Assembly: GCA_019750135.1 (NCBI GenBank)
Contig: JAIEOV010000009.1
Span: 122,073 to 186,072, forward strand
DNA length: 64,000 nucleotides
Reading direction: 5' to 3'
From: Reyranella sp.
GTDB taxonomy: Bacteria; Pseudomonadota; Alphaproteobacteria; Reyranellales; Reyranellaceae
The notes below the pieces were generated by a model that did not search any database, was not told the DNA's origin, and saw only the letters and a program-made list of their open reading frames with translations. The translations under genes and the position numbers were made by a program. Below are positions 54,193 through 62,930 of this stretch, in pieces; position 1 is the first letter of the stretch, and every line of letters starts with the position of its first letter.

Positions 54193-54963
54193 TCAGAACT
54201 TCGGCAGGCGCTTCTCCAGGAAGGCCGCGGTGCCCTCATGGTAGTCGGGGCCGAAATAGACGTCGCGGCGCAGGCCGTGCAGGTACTCGAAGGTGGCGGG
54301 ATTAATGGGCGCAGACTCACTGAGCACCCTGATCGATTCCTTCGACGCCGCGATCGCCGCCGCCGACCGCGTCGTGAAGGTCCTGGCCATGGCGTAGACC
54401 GTCTTCTCGAGATCGGCCGCCGGCACGATGCGGTTGACGATGCCGACACGCTCGGCGCGGTCGGCCGGGATCGGATCGGCCGAGAAGAACATCTCCTTCA
54501 CCACGTTGAGCGGCAGGCGGCTCATGAAGTTCAGCAGCCCGGCCACGTTGTAGGGCAGGCCAAGCTTCGCGGGCGTGATGGCGAAGGAACAGGTCTCGTC
54601 GCCATAGACCAGGTCGCAGGCCATCACGAGATCGCAGGCGCCACCCCACACCGTGCCGTGCACCATGGCGATGACCGGCGCCGGAAACGCTTTCACCGCG
54701 CGCAAAAGCTGCTCCAGCGGGTCGCTGTAGGGCAGCGGGTCGACGTCGGCCTTGGGCAGCTCCTCGATGTCGTGCCCGGCCGACCACACCTTGCCCGCCG
54801 TGGCGCTGCGCAGCACGACGGCGCGGGCCCGTTTGGCCTTGAAATCGTCCAGCGCCGCGATGGTCTCGGCGATCAACCCGGCGCTCAACGCGTTGCGCTT
54901 GGCGTCGCGGTCGAAGCTCACCGTGCCGATGCTGTCGGTCAGGCTGGCCTTGATGAGCGCCAT
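54193..54963 (-). CDS. scpB: Methylmalonyl-CoA decarboxylase (crotonase family)
   Basis: KVWSAGHDIEELP, DPL.YSDPL, VWGGA, FAITPAKLGLPYN resemble E. coli ScpB. Confidence 0.8.
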   Translation of the reverse strand: MALIKASLTDSIGTVSFDRDAKRNALSAGLIAETIAALDDFKAKRARAVVLRSATAGKVWSAGHDIEELPKADVDPLPYSDPLEQLLRAVKAFPAPVIAMVHGTVWGGACDLVMACDLVYGDETCSFAITPAKLGLPYNVAGLLNFMSRLPLNVVKEMFFSADPIPADRAERVGIVNRIVPAADLEKTVYAMARTFTTRSAAAIAASKESIRVLSESAPINPATFEYLHGLRRDVYFGPDYHEGTAAFLEKRLPKF

Positions 54964-54973
54964 CCTCGCCTCC

Positions 54974-56296
54974 TCAGATCAGCGTCACCTTGCGCGCGGC
55001 CTTCATGAGGTCGGCGCGGTGATCGGGATGGGCGATGCCGATCAGCGCCTCGGCGCGCTCCTTGGTCGACTTGCCGCGCAGGTTGACCGTGCCGTGCTCG
55101 GTGACGACCCATTCGACGTCCATGCGCACGTCGGTCACCATCGCCACCTTCGGGACGATGCTGGAGACGGTGCCCTTCTTCGCCGTCGACTGAATGGCGA
55201 TGATCGACTTGCCGCGGCGGGCGAGCGAGGCGCCCTTCACGAAGTCGAACTGGCCGCCCGACCCGCTGTATTCGTGGTCGCCGATGAACTCGGCGTTCAC
55301 CTGGCCGTAGAGGTCGATCTCGATCGCGGTGTTGATCGAGATGAAGTCATCGTGCTGGGCGATGACGCGGATGTCGTTGACGTAGGACGAGGCGTAGCTC
55401 TCGAACGCCGGATTGTCGTTCATGAAGGCGTAGGAATCGGTCGTGCCGAAAGCCACCGTGTAGAGGTGCTTGCGCGGATGCAGCGTCTTGCGGTTGCCGG
55501 TGACCACGCCCTTACGGATCAGGTCGGCCATGGCCGGCGAGAACAGCTCGGTGTGGATGCCGAGATCGGCATGCTTCTCCAGCGACACCGCCACGCCCGA
55601 CGGGATCTTGCCGATGCCGAGCTGGATGGTGGCGCCGTTGGGCACCATCGGCGCCACCAGGCCGCCGATGACACGGCCCTCGGGCGACGGCTCGGCGGCG
55701 CCCGCTTCGATCAGCGGCACGTGGTTCTCGACCACGGCCGAGACTTCGCTGATATGCACGTGGCTCTGCCCGAACACGCGCGGCATGTTGCGGTTGACCT
55801 CGACGATCAGTCGCTTGGCGCGGCGCGCCGCCGTGGTGGCGTAGTCGTTGTTGGTGCCGAACGACAGGTAGCCCGCCTTGTCCATCGGCGACACGGTGAT
55901 CACGAAGGTGTCGAGCGGAATGATCTCCTCGAACAGGCGCGGGATCTGGCTGAAATGCACCGGCACGAAGCTCACGACCTTCTTGCCGGTCTTGACCTGG
56001 CGCTTGACGATCTCGTGGTCGGGACCGCCCATGAAGAAGCTGTGCGCGTCGACCTTCTCGATCACGTCCTCGGCCAGCAGCGACTTGGCCAGAGGCTCCA
56101 TGGCGATCTTGTAGTAGACGCGGATGCCTTTCAGGTCGTTGGCGCGCAGCCTGTCGGCCAGCGCCATCAGCAGGGCCGGCGGCTGCCCGATCGCCATGCC
56201 GACCGAAACCGTCTCGCCGTCGGCGATGGACGACACCGCCTTGGCCGGCGTCGTGAGCTTGGCGGCATACAATTCCGCTGGATCAGAACTCGCCAT
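54974..56296 (-). CDS. Acetyl-CoA hydrolase/transferase family (4-hydroxybutyrate CoA-transferase-like)
   Basis: TIQLGIGKIP, LGIHTE, SGSGGQFDF, VVTEHG, LIGIAHPDHR. Confidence 0.88.
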   Translation of the reverse strand: MASSDPAELYAAKLTTPAKAVSSIADGETVSVGMAIGQPPALLMALADRLRANDLKGIRVYYKIAMEPLAKSLLAEDVIEKVDAHSFFMGGPDHEIVKRQVKTGKKVVSFVPVHFSQIPRLFEEIIPLDTFVITVSPMDKAGYLSFGTNNDYATTAARRAKRLIVEVNRNMPRVFGQSHVHISEVSAVVENHVPLIEAGAAEPSPEGRVIGGLVAPMVPNGATIQLGIGKIPSGVAVSLEKHADLGIHTELFSPAMADLIRKGVVTGNRKTLHPRKHLYTVAFGTTDSYAFMNDNPAFESYASSYVNDIRVIAQHDDFISINTAIEIDLYGQVNAEFIGDHEYSGSGGQFDFVKGASLARRGKSIIAIQSTAKKGTVSSIVPKVAMVTDVRMDVEWVVTEHGTVNLRGKSTKERAEALIGIAHPDHRADLMKAARKVTLI

Positions 56297-56403
56297 GACA
56301 GTCACCTCGAATTGCGGTTCTGGGACGAGATGGTAGCAGCAATTCCGCGAACGACATGTTACTCGAAGCGGTGTCGCGACTATCCATGGAAATGAGTTGA
56401 CAG

Positions 56404-57528
56404 ATGTCTGGAGCGCTTGAAGGGCTGCTGGTGATCAGCGTCGAGCAGGCCGTGGCCGCACCCTATTGCGCCGCCCGCCTGGCCGACGCCGGCGCGCGCG
56501 TGATCAAGATCGAGCGGCCGGAAGGCGATTTCGCCCGCGCCTACGATGCCTATGTGCATGGACAGTCGAGCTACTTCGTCTGGCTGAACCGCGGCAAGCA
56601 GTCGGTCACGCTCGACTTCAAGGACAAGGACGACCTCGCGCTGCTGCATCGCATGATCGCCAAGGCCGATGTGCTGATCCAGAACCTGGCGCCGGGTGCG
56701 GCCGAGCGCGCGGGCTTCGGCTCGGCGGCGATGCGCGCCAGGAACAAGCGCCTGATCACTGTCGACATCTCGGGCTATGGCGAGCACGGCCCCTACCGCG
56801 ACCGCCGCGCCTACGACCTGCTGGTGCAGGCCGAGAGCGGGCTGGCCTCGATCACCGGCACGCCCGAAGGCCCGGGCCGCGTCGGCATCTCGGCGACCGA
56901 CATCGGCACCGGCATGTACGCCCACGCCGCCGTGCTGGAGGCATTGCTGGCCCGCCAGAAGACCGGCGAAGGTCGCGCCATCGCGGTCTCGCTGTTCTCC
57001 GCCATGGCCGAGTGGATGACCGTGCCGGTGCTGGCCAAGGACTATTCCGACTACGACTGGCCGCGGCTTGGCCTCACCCACCCCTTCATCGCGCCCTATG
57101 GCGTCTATCAGACCGCCGACAAGGTGCCCGTCCTGATCTCGATCCAGAACGACCGCGAGTTCGAGCGGCTGTGCCACGGCGTGCTCGACCGGCCGGGCCT
57201 GGAGAGGGAGCCTGACTACGCCACCAACAAGGCACGCAATTCGCGGCGCGACGATACCAACGCCATCGTTCAGAAGAGCTTTGGCGGCCAGACCTTCGCC
57301 GACCTCGCCGCGCGCCTCAACGCGGCGCAGATCGCCTGGGCGCGCGTGAGCTCGGTCGACGATCTCTCGACCCATCCGCAGCTGCGCCGCGTGGTGTTCG
57401 GCACGACCGCCGGCGACGTCTCGATGCCGGCCCTCGCCGCGTCATGGAACGGCGAGCCGGAGCGGCTGGGCGACGTGCCGACGGTGGGTCAGCATTCCGA
57501 CCAGGTCCGGCGCGAATTCGCGGCTTAG
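56404..57528 (+). CDS. CaiB/BaiF class III CoA-transferase
   Basis: EQAVAAP, GARVIKIERPEGDFAR, WLNRGKQS. Confidence 0.92.
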   Translation: MSGALEGLLVISVEQAVAAPYCAARLADAGARVIKIERPEGDFARAYDAYVHGQSSYFVWLNRGKQSVTLDFKDKDDLALLHRMIAKADVLIQNLAPGAAERAGFGSAAMRARNKRLITVDISGYGEHGPYRDRRAYDLLVQAESGLASITGTPEGPGRVGISATDIGTGMYAHAAVLEALLARQKTGEGRAIAVSLFSAMAEWMTVPVLAKDYSDYDWPRLGLTHPFIAPYGVYQTADKVPVLISIQNDREFERLCHGVLDRPGLEREPDYATNKARNSRRDDTNAIVQKSFGGQTFADLAARLNAAQIAWARVSSVDDLSTHPQLRRVVFGTTAGDVSMPALAASWNGEPERLGDVPTVGQHSDQVRREFAA

Positions 57529-57565
57529 ATGCCGCCTCCACCGTCATGATGACGGGCCGCTCGGG

Positions 57566-58738
57566 ATGACAAGTTTCGTCACCGCGGTCAGGCTCGCCGG
57601 CTACGGCGCGGCCTACTTCTTCGCCTCCGGCGCTTTCATGAGCTATTGGCCGGTGTGGCTGCGTGACCGCGGTGTCGCAGACGCCGAGATCGGCACGCTG
57701 TTCATGAGCCGGCAGCTCGTGGGCGTCGGCGCCACGCTCGCCATCGGCTGGATCGCGCATCGCGTCGGCAACGTGCGCGGCGTCCTGCTGGCACTGGCCG
57801 TGGCCGCCACGATCCTGGTGACGGGATACCAGTTCTCCACCTCCTTTCTCGCGATCCTCGCTGTGTCACTGGTATGGGGTACCGTGTGGTCGCCGACCAT
57901 GGCGCTCTACGACGGGGTGGTGGTGAACGAGACCCGCGCGCGGGGCATCAACTACGGCAGGCTGCGCGTCTGGAGCTCGGTGTCCTTCATCCTGGGCGTC
58001 GTCATCTGCGGCTTTGCCGTCGACCGGCAGGGACCGTCGTGGGTGCTCTATGTCGGCTTCGCCGGCATCGTCATGCTGGTGCCGCTGGCGCTCTGGCTGC
58101 CGGCGGCGGAAGCGCAGCACCGCGAGCAGGCCAAGCATGCCCCGTTCGGCATTCCCGACCTGCTGCGCTCGAAACCGTTCCTGCTGTTCATGATCGCGGC
58201 CGGCCTCTGCCAGGCGAGTCACGCCGTGCTCTACAGCTTCGGCACCTTGACCTGGCGCGCCGCCGGCATCGACGACGTCACCATCAGCCTGCTGTGGGGC
58301 GAGAGCGTCGCCGTCGAGATCGTGCTGATGCTGGCGAGCCCCTGGCTGCTGGCGCGGCTCGGCCCCACCGGCATGATCGCCTTGGCGCTGGGCTGCGGCA
58401 TGGTGCGCTGGCTGGGCATGGCCTTCACCACCGAGCTGTGGGCGCTGGTGCTGCTGCAAGCCCTGCATGCAGGCACCTTCGCCGCCTGCCATCTCGGCGC
58501 CATGGCCTTCCTGCAGCGCGCGCTGCCGTCCTCGGGCATGGCGTTGGGCCAGAGCGTTTACTACGCGCTCGGCACCGGCGCGACGCAGGCGGTGATCTTC
58601 CAGATCGCCGGCGTGCTCTACGGCGCCTACGGCCAGAAGGCGTTTTTGGGCATGTTCGTCGTCAGCGCCGTCGGAATGATGGCGATCGTGGCGCTGGCGC
58701 GTCGGTGGAGGGGTGGGCTGCTCGTCGGCACTACGTAG
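57566..58738 (+). CDS. MFS transporter (HcaT/PPP-like)
   Basis: YWPVWL, YGRLRVWSS, QASHAVLYSF, QALHAGTF. Confidence 0.85.
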   Translation: MTSFVTAVRLAGYGAAYFFASGAFMSYWPVWLRDRGVADAEIGTLFMSRQLVGVGATLAIGWIAHRVGNVRGVLLALAVAATILVTGYQFSTSFLAILAVSLVWGTVWSPTMALYDGVVVNETRARGINYGRLRVWSSVSFILGVVICGFAVDRQGPSWVLYVGFAGIVMLVPLALWLPAAEAQHREQAKHAPFGIPDLLRSKPFLLFMIAAGLCQASHAVLYSFGTLTWRAAGIDDVTISLLWGESVAVEIVLMLASPWLLARLGPTGMIALALGCGMVRWLGMAFTTELWALVLLQALHAGTFAACHLGAMAFLQRALPSSGMALGQSVYYALGTGATQAVIFQIAGVLYGAYGQKAFLGMFVVSAVGMMAIVALARRWRGGLLVGTT

Positions 58739-59030
58739 AGCAGTGCATGCACTGCCGTCAGAGGTGCGAGAGGTTTCCGGGGGTTTCCGACGTTTCCGCC
58801 AGAGAGCCTGGTAGCCCTTCGAGATCGCACCCCCTATGGGTTGGGCCTCATTTCGAATTCGGACAGTTACGCAAGTTACGCAACCGGAATCGCCCGAGGC
58901 GGGAGAGACCGAACGCCGAGCCCGGCCCGTCCATGCAAGCGACCGGACGGGCCGTGCGCGGTGTGTGGCGCAGCCATTTAGTCTCGGATCAACGATGCAT
59001 AGAGCAGGAACGCCGGAGCGCAACGCATCG

Positions 59031-59059
59031 AGAATATAACTATGGTTCGCTATCGTCAA
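59031..59059 (-). promoter_or_regulatory. sigma70-type promoter with no credible downstream ORF
   Basis: Minus strand TTGACG-17 nt-TATTCT. Confidence 0.6.
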
Positions 59060-59120
59060 TAACTTTGGTCAGCTATGACGACCCGTTCGTTTCTCACGGC
59101 TTTTGGCGCTACGGACCCGC

Positions 59121-59190
59121 CGTCATCCCGAGCACATGCGAGGGACCTTTCCTGCAGCTTCAAAGGCCCCTCGCTTCGCTCGGGGTGACA
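59121..59190. repeat. GTCATCCCGAGC-type REP doublet
   Basis: CGTCATCCCGAGCACATGCGAGGGACCTTT ... AAAGGCCCCTCGCTTCGCTCGGGGTGACA inverted arms. Confidence 0.8.
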
Positions 59191-59220
59191 GCAGTGACTC
59201 ACCCTCCAGCGATGCGTGTA

Positions 59221-59850
59221 CTAGGCCTGTGGTGTCTCGGCCGGCTCGGTCGCCTTCATCGACGGCCGCTCGGCCACGCCGTCGTACCAGGCCGCCAGCT
59301 TCGGCGCGACGCCGCGCCACTCCTCGCCGTAGCGCCAGCTCTCGTAGCCGCAGGCGACGGCGGTCGTGATCTGGGCGAGATCGAACGTGCCGCCGAAATG
59401 CGGCGCGCGCTTCTCCAGGGCGGCGAAGCAGCGGAGCTCTCGGTCCTTCATCTTGCCCAAAAAGTCGTCCGACCGCTCGTCTTCGGAGCGCAGAAGTTCG
59501 GCCCGCCGCGCGATGTGGGCTTCGATGATGCCGCAGGCGATCGACATGTCGGCCAGCGCCTGCCACCGCGCCGCGCCCTCGCGCGCCAGCAGGCGGAAGC
59601 CGTGCTCGCCGTTGAGGTAGTCGCAGATCGAATGGGAGTCGGTCAGGGTGAAGCTCCCCGTCACCAATGCCGGGATGCGCACGACGGGCGTGGCCTCGAG
59701 GAAGTCAGGCCGGTGCTCGACGGCCCGGGTCGCCCAGTCGTGCGACCACTTGGTCTGCACGAACTCGAAGCGGTCTTGTATTCCCAGCTCGAGGATCGCG
59801 ACCCGGACCCTCCTGACCCAGGGCGAGGCGGGTGTAACGTAGAGGCGCAC
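59221..59850 (-). CDS. Glutathione S-transferase family protein
   Basis: TPASPWVRRVRV, TPVVRIPAL, DSHSICDYL; GTG start after GGAG. Confidence 0.85.
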   Translation of the reverse strand: MRLYVTPASPWVRRVRVAILELGIQDRFEFVQTKWSHDWATRAVEHRPDFLEATPVVRIPALVTGSFTLTDSHSICDYLNGEHGFRLLAREGAARWQALADMSIACGIIEAHIARRAELLRSEDERSDDFLGKMKDRELRCFAALEKRAPHFGGTFDLAQITTAVACGYESWRYGEEWRGVAPKLAAWYDGVAERPSMKATEPAETPQA

Positions 59851-59863
59851 TGCAAGTCTCCGA

Positions 59864-60727
59864 CTACGGCAAGGTGGACAAGTCCAATGCCCCGAGTCGG
59901 TCGCGGTCGGCAACCACCTCGATCGCGGCAATCCTGTCGCCGGCGAAGGCGAGCTTGAGCACCAGCAGCAGATGGCCCTGCGGCACCACGACGACGCCCA
60001 GCGCGCCGTCGATCAGGGCGGGCCGCGCGGCCTGCGCCTTGCCCTTGAAGTTGGCCGCCACGACCTCGGCGCCGCGCAGCTCGGTCACGTCGCCCAGTCG
60101 CACGGCGGTGCGGTCGGCCCGCAGGACGACGTCAGGATCGAGAACGGCCAGAAGTCCCGCGATGTCGCCGCTGCGCGCCGCCACCAGGAAGGCGTCGACG
60201 ACCCTGCGCTGGCTCGTGACGTCGGACGACGTCTTGCCCCCGCGTACGCGCCGGCGGGCGCGGCTGGCGAGTTGGCGGGCCGCCGTCGGCGAGCGGCCGA
60301 CGATGGGCGCGATCTCCTCGAACGGCAGGTCGAACATGTCGTGCAGCACGAAGGCGACGCGCTCGGCCGGCGCCAACGCTTCCAGGACGACCAGCAGCGC
60401 CAGGCCGACGGAGTCGGCCAGCTCGGCCTCGCGCTCGGGATCGCCGGTGCCCTCATGGCCGGCGACGGGCTGCGGTTCGCCTTCCAGCGGCTCCTCGCGC
60501 CGCGACTTGCGCGAGCGCAGGGTGTCGAGGCAGACGCGAGCGACGACCGTGGTCAGCCAGCCGCCCAGATTCTCGATGCCTGCAGGCTCCGAGCGGCTGA
60601 GCCGCAGCCAGGCCTCCTGGACCGCGTCGTCGGCCTCGCCCGTCGAGCCCAGCATGCGGTAGGCAACCCGCTGCAGATGGTCGCGGTGGGTCTCGAACTG
60701 CCCGGCCAGCCATTTTTCTTTTTCCAT
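59864..60727 (-). CDS. ECF41 (SigJ-like) sigma factor with SnoaL-like C terminus
   Basis: VAYRMLGS..EADDAVQEAWLR, RQLASRARR, LDPDVVLRAD. Confidence 0.9.
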   Translation of the reverse strand: MEKEKWLAGQFETHRDHLQRVAYRMLGSTGEADDAVQEAWLRLSRSEPAGIENLGGWLTTVVARVCLDTLRSRKSRREEPLEGEPQPVAGHEGTGDPEREAELADSVGLALLVVLEALAPAERVAFVLHDMFDLPFEEIAPIVGRSPTAARQLASRARRRVRGGKTSSDVTSQRRVVDAFLVAARSGDIAGLLAVLDPDVVLRADRTAVRLGDVTELRGAEVVAANFKGKAQAARPALIDGALGVVVVPQGHLLLVLKLAFAGDRIAAIEVVADRDRLGALDLSTLP

Positions 60728-60728
60728 C

Positions 60729-60790
60729 GGTCACATTCCCCGATCGCGCTTCGTCATGCCCATGACGGCCGAGAGGCGGCCGATGTGACA
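60729..60790. promoter_or_regulatory. Pair of opposed ECF41 promoters
   Basis: Plus GGTCACA-N16-CGTC (60729-60755); minus TGTCACA-N16-CGTC (60790-60764). Confidence 0.8.
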
Positions 60791-60802
60791 AAGGAGATGA
60801 TC

Positions 60803-61267
60803 ATGCAATCACGGATGACCAACCCCGCTTTCGTCGTTCCCGAGGCGCTCAAGGCCCTCAATGCCCTGGGGACTTCGATCGCCAAGGGCGGCGTGCCGAA
60901 CACGACCCTCGAGCTGCTGCGGCTGCGCGCCAGCCAGATCAACGGCTGCAGCCTCTGCGTCGAGATGCATGCCCGCGACCTCCGGAAGGCCGGCGAGAAG
61001 GACGACCGCCTCTTCGCCGTCGCCGCCTGGCGCGAGGCGCCCTACTTCACCGACGCCGAGCGCGCCGCGCTGGCGCTGACCGAAGCGGCCACGCGCCTGC
61101 CCGACCGCGGCGATGCCGTGCCCGACGAGGTGTGGAACGAAGCCGCCAAGCACTATGACGAGAAGGCGCTGGCCGACCTCGTCCTCAACATCGCCCTGAT
61201 CAACTTCTGGAACAGGGTGAACGTCACGATCCGCCAAGTGTCGGGGGTGCAGCCGAAGGCGGCGTAG
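60803..61267 (+). CDS. Carboxymuconolactone decarboxylase/AhpD family protein
   Basis: RASQINGCSLCVEMH, AWREAPYFTDAERAAL, INFWNR; AAGGAG RBS. Confidence 0.92.
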   Translation: MQSRMTNPAFVVPEALKALNALGTSIAKGGVPNTTLELLRLRASQINGCSLCVEMHARDLRKAGEKDDRLFAVAAWREAPYFTDAERAALALTEAATRLPDRGDAVPDEVWNEAAKHYDEKALADLVLNIALINFWNRVNVTIRQVSGVQPKAA

Positions 61268-61270
61268 CCT

Positions 61271-61405
61271 TCCTCCTCAGCGAAGCTGGGGAGGCGCCCT
61301 CGTCATACGAGGGCGGAGGGGTCATGAGGATCAGTGCTGTTGCTCATGACCCCTCCGCCCGCTGCGCGGCCACCTCCCCATCGCGGAGTCCGCGATGGGG
61401 AGGAG
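61271..61405. repeat. Composite CCTCCCC/GGGGAGG palindromic intergenic repeat
   Basis: Multiple hairpins incl. GGCGGAGGGGTCATGAG...CTCATGACCCCTCCGCC and CCTCCCCATCGCG...CGCGATGGGGAGG. Confidence 0.75.
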
Positions 61406-61578
61406 CGCTCCCTAAAATCGTTCGTGTGCATTCGGTTGCAGGAAGTTGTGGTGCGCGCCGGCACGCCTACAACAAATGCGAGCAACGCGAATCTTATGTT
61501 CGTTTTCCACCTAATGCACCGACAGCAGAGAGTGGAATCCGCCGGATCGCACGAGCGAGTCGTGTTAGCTTCACAATC

Positions 61579-61852
61579 AGAGAGCAGCGGTTGGTCGAGC
61601 CCCGGTCCTCTCTTAAATAAAAGACTGAACTCGACGACCGGCTGGAGGCGCGGCAGAACCCGAAAGGGCACGCCGCACCGGGATCAGAGGCGACGCGCAA
61701 GCGGGCATCTGTGATCTTCAAGGTCGGTAGCCGCGCGGTTCGTGTGACCGCCCGGAGATTGCCTGGGGCGGCAACGCAACAGGTGGATTTCCGAGGTTGC
61801 TCGGACCGGCGCAGGTCCGGAAGGGGGTCGTTCTTCGGAACGGCCCCTTTTT
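61579..61852 (+). ncRNA. Putative large structured RNA, family unknown
   Basis: Seven abutting stem-loops incl. GAAA and GCAA tetraloops, ending in a UUCG terminator; extended -10 (TGtTAGCTT) at 61563-61571; no credible ORF. Confidence 0.65.
61821..61852 (+). terminator. Rho-independent terminator
   Basis: GGGGGTCGTTC-TTCG-GAACGGCCCC-TTTTT. Confidence 0.85.
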
Positions 61853-61910
61853 CTGTTGGGGTGAACCCCCTAGAACAGCTCGTACGAACTGGAAAAGGAG
61901 GAGTGAGCAA

Positions 61911-62885
61911 GTGCGAATGAAAGCGTTGAGCAGTGTGGTGGCGTTCGCGTTGGCGGCGCTGGCCGGCGTGCCGCCGGCGATGGCGCAGTATCCGGACAAG
62001 GCGGTCACCGTGATCGTGCCCTTCCCGCCCGGCGGCGCCTCCGATGTGACGGCGCGCACCGTGGCGCCGGAGCTGGCCAAGAAGCTCGGCCAGCAGGTCG
62101 TCATCGACAACAAGGGCGGCGCCAACGGCGCCATCGGCGCGGCCGCGCTCAAGGCGGCCAAGCCGGATGGCTACACGCTGATGATCGGATCGATCGGCGT
62201 CTACAGCATCAATCCGGCCCTGTTCAAGGACCTGCGCTACGATCCGCTGAAGGACTTCGACCTGCTGAGCGTCATCGTGCGCACGCCCAACGTGCTGGTG
62301 GCCAATCCCGACTTCCCAGCCAACAGCGTCGCCGAATTGCTCGACTATCTGAAGAAGAATCCGGACAAGGTGAGCTTCGCCTCGTCAGGCACGGGCTCGT
62401 CGGATCACCTGACGGCGGCGCTGTTCCTGCAGAAGACCGGCATGAGCGGCGTGCATGTGCCCTACAAAGGCGGCGGGCCGGCCATCAACGACCTGATCTC
62501 CGGCCATGCCAATGTCTCGTTCCAGAACCTGGGCGCGATCGCCCAGCAGGTGCGCGCCGGCAAGCTGAAGGCCCTGGCCGTCACCAGCGCCACGCGAGCC
62601 CCCGCGCTGCCCAATGTGCCGACGCTGGCCGAGGCCGGCGTGAAGGACCTGGAAGTCTATTCCTGGCAGGCCGCGGCCGCGCCCAAGGGCCTGCCGCCGG
62701 CAGTGAAGGCCAAGCTCGAGGCCGACATCACCGCAGCCGCCAAGGCGCCCGAGGTCAAGGAGCAGTTCGAGAAGATCGGCTTCGACGTGGTCGCCACGAC
62801 CGGCGCGCAGTTCGACTCATTCCTGGCGGGAGAGATTGCGCGCTGGAAGCAGGTCATCGAGACCGGGAAGATTTCTGCGGAGTGA
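61911..62885 (+). CDS. Bug/TctC substrate-binding protein
   Basis: AGGAGG RBS, signal peptide, VPFPPGGASD, NKGGANG, HVPYKGG. Confidence 0.92.
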   Translation: MRMKALSSVVAFALAALAGVPPAMAQYPDKAVTVIVPFPPGGASDVTARTVAPELAKKLGQQVVIDNKGGANGAIGAAALKAAKPDGYTLMIGSIGVYSINPALFKDLRYDPLKDFDLLSVIVRTPNVLVANPDFPANSVAELLDYLKKNPDKVSFASSGTGSSDHLTAALFLQKTGMSGVHVPYKGGGPAINDLISGHANVSFQNLGAIAQQVRAGKLKALAVTSATRAPALPNVPTLAEAGVKDLEVYSWQAAAAPKGLPPAVKAKLEADITAAAKAPEVKEQFEKIGFDVVATTGAQFDSFLAGEIARWKQVIETGKISAE

Positions 62886-62930
62886 TCACAAGGACGCGGC
62901 GGCTCTGCCGAAGAGCTGCCCATCCGACCG

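Noticed and set aside
58899-58925. GGGAGAGACCG..CGCCGA resembling a glycine riboswitch
   Set aside because: No GAAGGAGCAA or CTCTCAGG elements and no downstream plus-strand gene.
57866-59059. 397-aa minus-strand ORF starting at TTG 59059
   Set aside because: The TTG is the -35 hexamer, there is no RBS, and most of the frame is antisense to the MFS gene.
61650-61700. GGCAGAACCCGAAAGGGCACGC resembling c-di-GMP-I riboswitch P2
   Set aside because: Lacks GGGACGCAAAGC and a recognisable tetraloop-receptor P3; resemblance only.
61812-61826. CAGGTCCGGAAGG resembling SRP RNA domain IV
   Set aside because: The required AAGCAGC continuation and long rod are missing; these bases belong to H7 and the terminator.
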